Of a DNA stretch of 64,000 nucleotides, positions 56,270-64,000 are shown one piece after another. Origin of the DNA: the human T2T-CHM13v2.0 reference genome, Homo sapiens; the NCBI RefSeq assembly GCF_009914755.1, contig NC_060936.1; one strand, written 5' to 3'. Both the position numbers and the translations under genes were made by a program. Each line of letters opens with the position of its first letter. Position 1 is the first letter of the stretch. The notes below the pieces were generated by a model. That model was not told the origin of the DNA. It did no database searches and worked only from the letters and a program-made list of their open reading frames with translations.

Positions 56270-57462
56270 AATTTAAGATGGAAGACTTAGAATAAGCATT
56301 TAAATACCATTATTTCCCAACTGCACACCCAATGGCCCATCGAAATAATAGAAACAGGGAAACAACAGCAAAGAGAAGAAAGGGGTCTTTATAAGTGGAT
56401 GAGAGATTATAAAATAAATTCTGTAGCTGGACACTGGTAGAATGCTAATGGATGAGGCAGATAAGAAGATGCCAGTATGTCACAAATGCCTGGTCAAACC
56501 CAGGAAAGGCTGTAGGCTTCTCTTTGGCAGTTTGTTGCAGGGCTAAGATGAGGAGAGGTGCTGAAAACAGGGGGGTTAGTTGAAGTTTAATAGAGAAACA
56601 GCTGTATCTTTTGGTACACTACACAAGTGAAAAATACCATACTGTCTAGTGTTTATAGCCCCAGGATAAAAAAATGGTAGATGTCTTCACTGAAGAACTG
56701 AGCAAACCTGTGGGGAGTTTTCTTTGTTATTATTGCAGCATTTGAGGAAACAGCAATAAACAGCACAACTAAACTCACTGTAAATGGAAGAAAACTTCCC
56801 CTCTCACATGTCACGTTAACAATAGGCAAGCTTGATAGTAAATAGACATGTATTACATGTTCAGCAGAGGAGACTCAAAACAGCAACTAAGTAAAAATGA
56901 AAGACAAGAAAATGAACAAAAACTCATTCACGGAAAAATGAAAGATAATTCAGGGAACAGAAAATAATTTAAAAACAAAACTTTGTTTTTAAACAAAAAC
57001 CTTATCAGAACTTTATCAAAAGATATTACCATTGGCTTACAGGAACAATATAATGATTTTTTAAAAAATGGAAACAAAGAATATTCTTAAAGGTTAAAAA
57101 TATGGTTGCTGAATTGAAAAAGTTTATACAAGGGCTTGAATACAAGAGTAACGTTCTTAGAAAAAAAGATAAGGATATAAAGATACAGTAAACCTCAGAG
57201 GAAAAAGAAAATTAGAAACTTATAAACAATCAATACAGATGAGCCAATATTCCAGTAATAAGTTTCAGTATGAGAGAAAAGATAAACTGTATAGGAGAAA
57301 GTTAACTGTATAGGAGACCAATAAAAAAACTCCAGTGCTGAAAATAAACATGGGTCTTCAAGTTGAAAATATCCACCCAATGTACAGGAAGGCAAATTTT
57401 TAAACGGTCACCTAGACATTGCTAGTAAAATTTCCAAGCACCAAAGGAAGACAAAATTAAAG
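56270..57462 (+). mobile_element. HAL1/L1ME 5' end and ORF1-like remnant
   Basis: Starts 'aagatggaagact'; A-rich ORF1-like 'ccaatattccagtaataagtttcag...gtcttcaagttgaaa...cacctagacatt'. Confidence 0.55.
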
Positions 57463-57530
57463 TTGAAGACTCTCCATTTGGAGAAGGTGCTATAAACTTG
57501 TTTTTCCTACTCATCCCAGGTAGGGCTGTC

Positions 57531-57698
57531 CAGAGTAGCACTGGACAGCAGAACGACCACTCTACAGAGCAGGCCCGTCCCATAGGCAGAGTGGCCCAGA
57601 GTAGCAGTGGACAGCAGAATGACGGCTCACAGAGCAGGGCTGTCCCGTAGGGAGAGTGGCTCACAGTATCAGTGGAAAGCAAAATGGCTGCTCCGTAG
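57531..57698 (+). repeat. ~65-66-bp tandem repeat, ~2.5 copies
   Basis: Units start at 57531, 57597 and 57662 ('cagagtagcantggacagcagaa...'). Confidence 0.9.
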
Positions 57699-57709
57699 CC
57701 CAGCAGCCC

Positions 57710-57710
<1 letters not shown>

Positions 57711-57740
<30 letters not shown>
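57711..57740 (+). repeat. (CAG)10 trinucleotide repeat
   Basis: Counted directly. Confidence 0.98.
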
Positions 57741-57741
<1 letters not shown>

Positions 57742-58156
57742 GTACGGCAATAGCAGCAGTTCAGAGCAGCAGCCCCAGTGGATTACTGGCTAACTATATT
57801 ATACCCACTCTTTATTATATCCTAACAAAGGGGCATGTTATTCAGAATATTCTAGAAAAAAGGATGTGGGAGTCCTCAGAACCATATACGGTAATTTCTG
57901 CCTAGTTGCCATGTCATTTGCAAACTGTCATGGCGCTGGTAGGAGTGTATGCTAACGAGCATTGCGGGCAACTAGAGGTTGCTTTCTTTGACATCTGCTG
58001 GTTTCAGCAGGTATCTTTAGTACGACCTGTTTTGATCAGTAACGTCCTGATCAGAAAACAAGTCCTGTTGATGTACCTCAATACTAAGAACGAAGAAAAT
58101 CACATTTTGAATGGAAAAGAGAACTGACACCTATGCTGAGATAAAACAGATGTTGA

Positions 58157-58625
<469 letters not shown>

Positions 58626-58783
58626 AATACAGTGATATTTAAAAGTGGGGAAGATAACAGAACTTAAATGGGAAGGAGATGTCCACATTTTACCTATATG
58701 GGTAAAATGTTAATATCAATACACTCTTATAAGCCATATATTTATACCTTTAAAGAGCAACCATTTTGAAAATTATACAGATA

Positions 58784-59591
58784 CAGCAGGTCCTTGAATG
58801 ACATAGTTTTGTTCAATGTTATTTTATTGTAATGTAGATGAGAAAAAAGAACTATATTCTAACTGGAGCCACTATCTGCATGGATTTTCCCCATGTACTC
58901 CTTTTTCCTTTCACATCCCAAAGCTGTGCACATTAGGTTAATTGGCATGTCTACATTGTGCTACCTGAGGATGTGTGTGAGTGAGTCCTTCAAGGGAAGA
59001 ATGTACTCTCCAGGGTTGGTTACCACCTTTCAGCCTGAACTTATGGGATAGACTCTGGCCAACTGTGACTCACACCTGAAATAAGTGAATTGGAATTACT
59101 TAATTAATTAATACAAATTATTGCAAAACAAAAATTCATGAAGTGTACCATAATCATTCAAATGCACAATGATAAACAGTGGGGTAAAAAAGTGCACTGC
59201 CAGATAAGTTATTGTTTGATTTTAAACTGTGTGGTGGTAGGACATGCTTTCTGCAATTTTCACTTTGCAAGTATTTATTCCTTGATTTAATCCACCATCA
59301 GTATGATCCCAGTCACTCACTGATGAGCCAAAAAATGGGCAAATAATTATGTTTTCATTAAAATTTTTGAAATATGTATAGCTCACATGTATTTCAATGT
59401 TTAATATTAAAAGTGCTTTGGTCTTTATTTAGATGTTTGATGATGGTGACATCACCAGATATATGCCATAGAAACTTCACTTGTTTAACTCAATTAACCT
59501 ATAGCAAAATTGGTTTTGTTAAAATTGGTTTGTTACACTTGAAGTAATGATTTTCAAGAACCTACTAATGATGCTAAATGAAGACTTACTA
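58784..59591 (+). mobile_element. MER6 (TcMar-Tigger), near full length
   Basis: TA|CAGCAGGTCCTTGAATGAC ... GAAGACTTACTA|TA; internal 'cacatcccaaagctgtgcacattaggttaattggc'. Confidence 0.85.
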
Positions 59592-61494
59592 TACACTCAA
59601 AAATACTATCAATAAATCAATATGTAATTCTAGAAAAAGTAAGTAACCTGTGAGAAGGTAAGAAAACACAGAGGACTGCAAACCAAAGGAAATATGGAAA
59701 ACAAATAGTCAAATGGCCGACTAAATACTAACCCATCGATAATTGCCATACATATAAATAAACTGAATGCAACAGTCAAAAGACAGAGGATTGACAGAGT
59801 ACAAAATGTAGAACCCAGATTTATGCTGCTTACAAGAAATTCACTTAATTTTAGTGAGATTTATGCTGCTTACAAGAACTCACTAGATATAGATATACTG
59901 AAAATAAAAAAAAAAGAAGACATTCCATGCCAACATTAATTTAAAAAAGGAAGTGGATATATTAATTTCTTATATAGTAGACTTTAGAGTGGGTATAAGG
60001 AGAGATATTATGTAACAATAAAAGGATTAATTCACAAGGAAGAAAACAATCCTAAAAGTGTACACACTAGAGTCTCAGATACATACAGCAAAATCTGAAA
60101 GAACTAAAATGATGAGCTGGGGACTTCAGCATACTCTTGTCAACAACTGACAGAACTATTACACACAAAATCAGCAAGGAGATAGAGAAGCAGAACAAGA
60201 AATCAACCAACAGGATCTAATTGACATATATAACACACTCCACCCGACTGCAGAATATACATTTTTTTTTCACATGTCCATGGAACATTCATCAAGACAG
60301 ACGATATCCTAGGCTAAAAACCAAATCTCTAGACAATTAAAATTACAAAAGTGTATTTTCTTAAGAGAAGGGCAACAGGCACTCTTCCAAATACTAAAAC
60401 TAAACAACACATTTCTAAATAATTTCTGCAGCAAAGAAGTCTTAAAGAAAATTTTTAAAAATGTAAAAGACCCACTGAAAACAAAGACACACCACATCAA
60501 AATTTGTGGTATGCAACTAACACAGTACTGAGAGGAAAATATATAGGACTAAGTATTAGCATTAAAAAAGAAAAGTCTCAAATCAATCTCAGTTACCACT
60601 TCAACAGGCTACAGAGAGAGAGAAAGAGACTCAAATCAAGCAGAAGAAAAGAAGTAATGAAGAGCACAAATCAGTAAAATGGAAAACAATAAAATAATGG
60701 ACAAAGTCAATAAAACAAAAGCTTATTCTTTAAATAAAAATCACTGAAGTTGACAAACCTCTAGCAAAACTTAAAAAAAAATGCAAACTACCAATATCAG
60801 CAACAAAATGATAACTATCTCTACAGAACTTGCCAGTATCAAAAGGAAGACAACAGACTAACAAGAGCAGCTCTAGACAAATTAAAACAGATGGATTTGA
60901 CCAATTCCTGAAAAAGCACAAATTCTAACAACTCATCTAACATGAAATAAATAATTTGGATTACCTTAAAACTAACTATTAAGTAAATTTAATTTGCAAT
61001 TTGAAAACTCCCCCCAAAATGGACCAACTCCTCAAAATCCATAAACTATTAAAACTCAAGCAAGATTAATTAAAAATCTGAACAGCCTATATCCATCAAA
61101 AAACTGAATTTATAAATTGGGTCTGGAGTCACTGGAAAATTCTAAAAAACTTTAAAAAATGTAACACTAATTTTACACAATTTCTTCCAAAAATATAGAA
61201 AATGGAGAGAAGACTTTACAACACATTTTATGAGATTACTATTATCCTGTAACAAAAACATAACCAAAAAATTAAAAACAAACAAGTGAAAAACTACAGA
61301 CCAGTATTTTTCATCAACTTAGAAGTAAAAGCCCCCAATAAAATTTTAGCAAATAGAATCTAACCCTGTATAGATATGATTATACATCATGACAAAGTGA
61401 GATTTTTCCCAGGTGTGCAAAACTGGTTCAACATTTGAAAATCAATTAATGTAATTCACCATATCATCAAGCTAAAGAAAAAAAATCATATGAT

Positions 61495-62010
61495 TCTATA
61501 GACAAAACAATACCACCCGCACCCCACCCTCACCTCCCATGGCCGAAAATGTCCAAGTCCTAATTTCTAAAATTGTTAATAGGTCATCTTAAATGACAAA
61601 AGGGATTTTGCAGTTGTGATTAAATTAAGGATTTTGAGATGAAGAGATTATCCTAGATTATTGGAGTAGGCCCAGTGTAATCACACAAATTCTTATAAGA
61701 TGAAAGCAGGAAGATCAGAGTAAGAAAACGAAATATGATGATGGAAGCAGAGGTGAATGAGGGACAGAGAAAGAGAGATTTGAAGATGCTACATCACATG
61801 TCTTGAAGATGTTGGAAGAGGCTATGAACTAAGGAATGCAGAAGGACCCTGGAACCCAGAAAAGGAATAGCAGCACTTGATTTCTCAGAGCTTCCAGAAA
61901 GAACTCAATCCTTCCAACACATTGTTTTAGGACTTCATGATTTTAGAACTAAAAAGTAATATGTTTGTATTTTTTTAAGCCAAAAGTTTATGGTTTGTTA
62001 TAGCAGCAAT
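61495..62010 (+). mobile_element. MLT1D LTR
   Basis: 'aaaagggattttgcagttgtgattaaattaaggattttgagatg...tttgttatagcagcaat'. Confidence 0.85.
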
Positions 62011-62485
62011 TTGCCAAAAGCCAACTTCATTCATGATAAAATTCTCAGCTCGTTAGGAATATAGGGAAATTACTTCAATTTGAAAAAGAGAATCACAAAA
62101 AAATCTACAATTTTCATACTTAAAGGATGAATGACAATGTTTTCCCCAAAGATAAGGAAAAAGGCAAGGATGCCTACTCTCACTGCTCTTATTCAACATA
62201 GTATTGAAAGTTTTAATGATAACAAGAAAAAAGTCATACCGATTTATATATGATTAAAAATATGATCTTTATTTATAGATAAATGATTATCTATATTAAA
62301 AATCTTAAAGAGTCTACAAAAAACAGCTATCACTGATAAATGAATATAATAAGGCTGCAGGATGCAAAATTAGCAAATAAATGTCAATTGCATTTTAATA
62401 CACCAGCAACGAGCATGTGGAAAGAGAAATTAAAAATGCAATACTATTCACAATCACTACAAATAAAAAATAAATACTTGGGTAT

Positions 62486-63405
62486 TGTTAACTTAAAAAA
62501 AACACAATTTACAAATTTAGAAAAGGAGAGGAGACTTTATTTCTGATAAAGCATTATAGCCTGCAAGGTGGCCCTCCTACAGGCTAGGAATGGTGCCTTC
62601 AGCCAAGACAAGACAGGTACATCAAAGGAGGAGGTGATGGATCGGGAGCTTTATGCTGAATGGGTTGGCTAAACATACATATTCAACAGGTTACAGAAGG
62701 AACTATGAATATTCACGAAGGTGGACCTGACACATGTGTGTTGAACAAACATGCATGTGACACACTATTTATGTTCACTTTGGGGTGGAAACTTAACATT
62801 CAAATGTATTGCAATTAGGTTCTATTGGTCAAAATGTCTTTTCAGGACACAAAGGCAGGCAAGTATGCAATATCTATAAACCCACCAGCACCAGAACCAG
62901 TCCAGACAGTGGTTTTCTTATGATGAGAGAGTTACTGAAATCAGTTTCTTTTCTAATCAAACCTATAGTTATGACTGGTAGAACAGGGCATCAGTTAGTC
63001 AGTGTCTGTGAGCTGGATGAGTTGTAATTGTTTGAATATTGCTTATCTTTAGGACAGTGTTTGTTTAGCTGCTAGAGTAAAGAAAACCTTGCGCCAATTG
63101 GAACATAGTTCCTTCTTTAAGTGTAGGGATGCGTGACTTAACCCTTGCCCAACACGGCCTTACGTTTTATTTATAGTTTGGTATAGTATTGCCACAAAGA
63201 GTCTGTTCTGTTAGTCTTAGAATCTCCATTTAGCTTTTTAACATTAAGTTGTATCTAAACCACAAAACAGAGATTTAGACAAGGCGTGTCTGACCTCCTA
63301 TCCTGTCATGGTGAGGAACTCAGTTTTAAAGTTATTATGGGGTCCCCTTCACCACAAGGGGGTCCATTCAGTCAGTGGGGAGCTTAGGATTTTATTTCAA
63401 GTTAA
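62486..63405 (-). mobile_element. ERV1 solo LTR, MER49-like (~920 bp)
   Basis: 'tgttaac' at one end; 'ggggtccccttc...ggtccattcagtcagtggggagcttaggattttattt' at the other. Confidence 0.75.
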
Positions 63406-63456
63406 TGAGAATTGTAGATATTTTTGCAGATTCTCCTTTTGAAATCGAAGTAATTT
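63405..63456 (-). repeat. 52-bp inverted copy of 62067-62117
   Basis: Reverse complement aaattacttcgatttcaaaaggagaatctgcaaaaatatctacaattctcat vs aaattacttcaatttgaaaaagagaatcacaaaaaaatctacaattttcat. Confidence 0.9.
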
Positions 63457-64000
63457 AACATATACAAAATATAAATGTGTACAAATATGTACAAAAATTA
63501 CAAAATTCTGACAAAAGATATCAAAGGAGACCCAAATGAATGGAGAAATAAATTATGTTCATGAATTTTCATTTAAGATATCAATTCTCCCCTAAATGGC
63601 TTATAGGTTTAATACAATTCCTATCAAAATCTCAGTAAGGTTTTCGGTAGACATAGGCTATTCTAAAATTTATATGAAGAGGCACAGATCCCAGAATAAA
63701 CAACCTTGTGATGAAGAATAAAGTGAGAGGAAGGAATTATTTTCCATAATATTAAAGCTTTCTATATATGTATATACAAATGTATGTATGCATATATAAT
63801 AATTAAGACAGTGTATTATTGATGAAAGGATAGTCACATAGATCAATTGAGCAGACTAGAGATCCAAAAATAGACCTATGTAGTATAACCAATTGATTTT
63901 TGACAATAAAAATCAATTTGATTGAGGATAGCTAGCCTTTTCACAAAACATTCCTGTAACAGTAGGCAAATGAATAAACTTCAAATTAAACTTCACATTT

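Larger units (their letters stand above)
57464..58080 (-). mobile_element. ERV1 solo LTR (MER67/MER31-like)
   Basis: Reverse strand starts TGAGGTACATCAACAGGACTTGTTTTCTGA; internal 'gttgccatgtcatttgcaaactgtcatggcgctggt'. Confidence 0.7.

Noticed and set aside
57531-57620. REST/RE1 sites in the LTR tandem units (AGCAC-T-GGACAGC)
   Set aside because: Left half-site is incomplete and spacing is 2 nt shorter than canonical.
57711-57740. Known disease CAG/CTG locus or polyQ exon
   Set aside because: Flanks match no locus I recognise, there is no SCA8-type (CTA)n tract, and the repeat lies within an LTR.

Overview
This is AT-rich, CpG-poor simian primate (probably human) non-coding DNA, either intronic or intergenic. 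I find no credible protein-coding exon, RNA gene or CpG island; the listed ORFs are repeat-derived or chance. Roughly half the window is recognisable transposon debris: six Alus, L1s of several ages (L1PA7, L1PA15/16, L1MA, L1MB/MC/MD/ME, HAL1), a complete THE1C provirus with its TSD, solo MaLR and ERV LTRs, MIR/L2, and DNA transposons (Tigger3, MER6, MER58B, MER5, MADE1, a hAT-Tip100 transposase relic). Family names come from recalled consensus sequences, not a database run, so subfamily calls and old-element boundaries are approximate. The most unusual signals are fossil rearrangements. (1) An L1 has lost about 1 kb of ORF2, replaced by an ectopic THE1-internal fragment plus a 129-bp copy of DNA 2.4 kb downstream, joined by 6-bp microhomologies. 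(2) One Alu has both a twin-priming-type 5' inversion and a 32-nt 3'-transduction-like segment inside one TSD. (3) A 52-bp inverted templated insertion sits at an LTR edge. (4) A MADE1 has a triplicated TIR end. I see no evidence of a new coding system.
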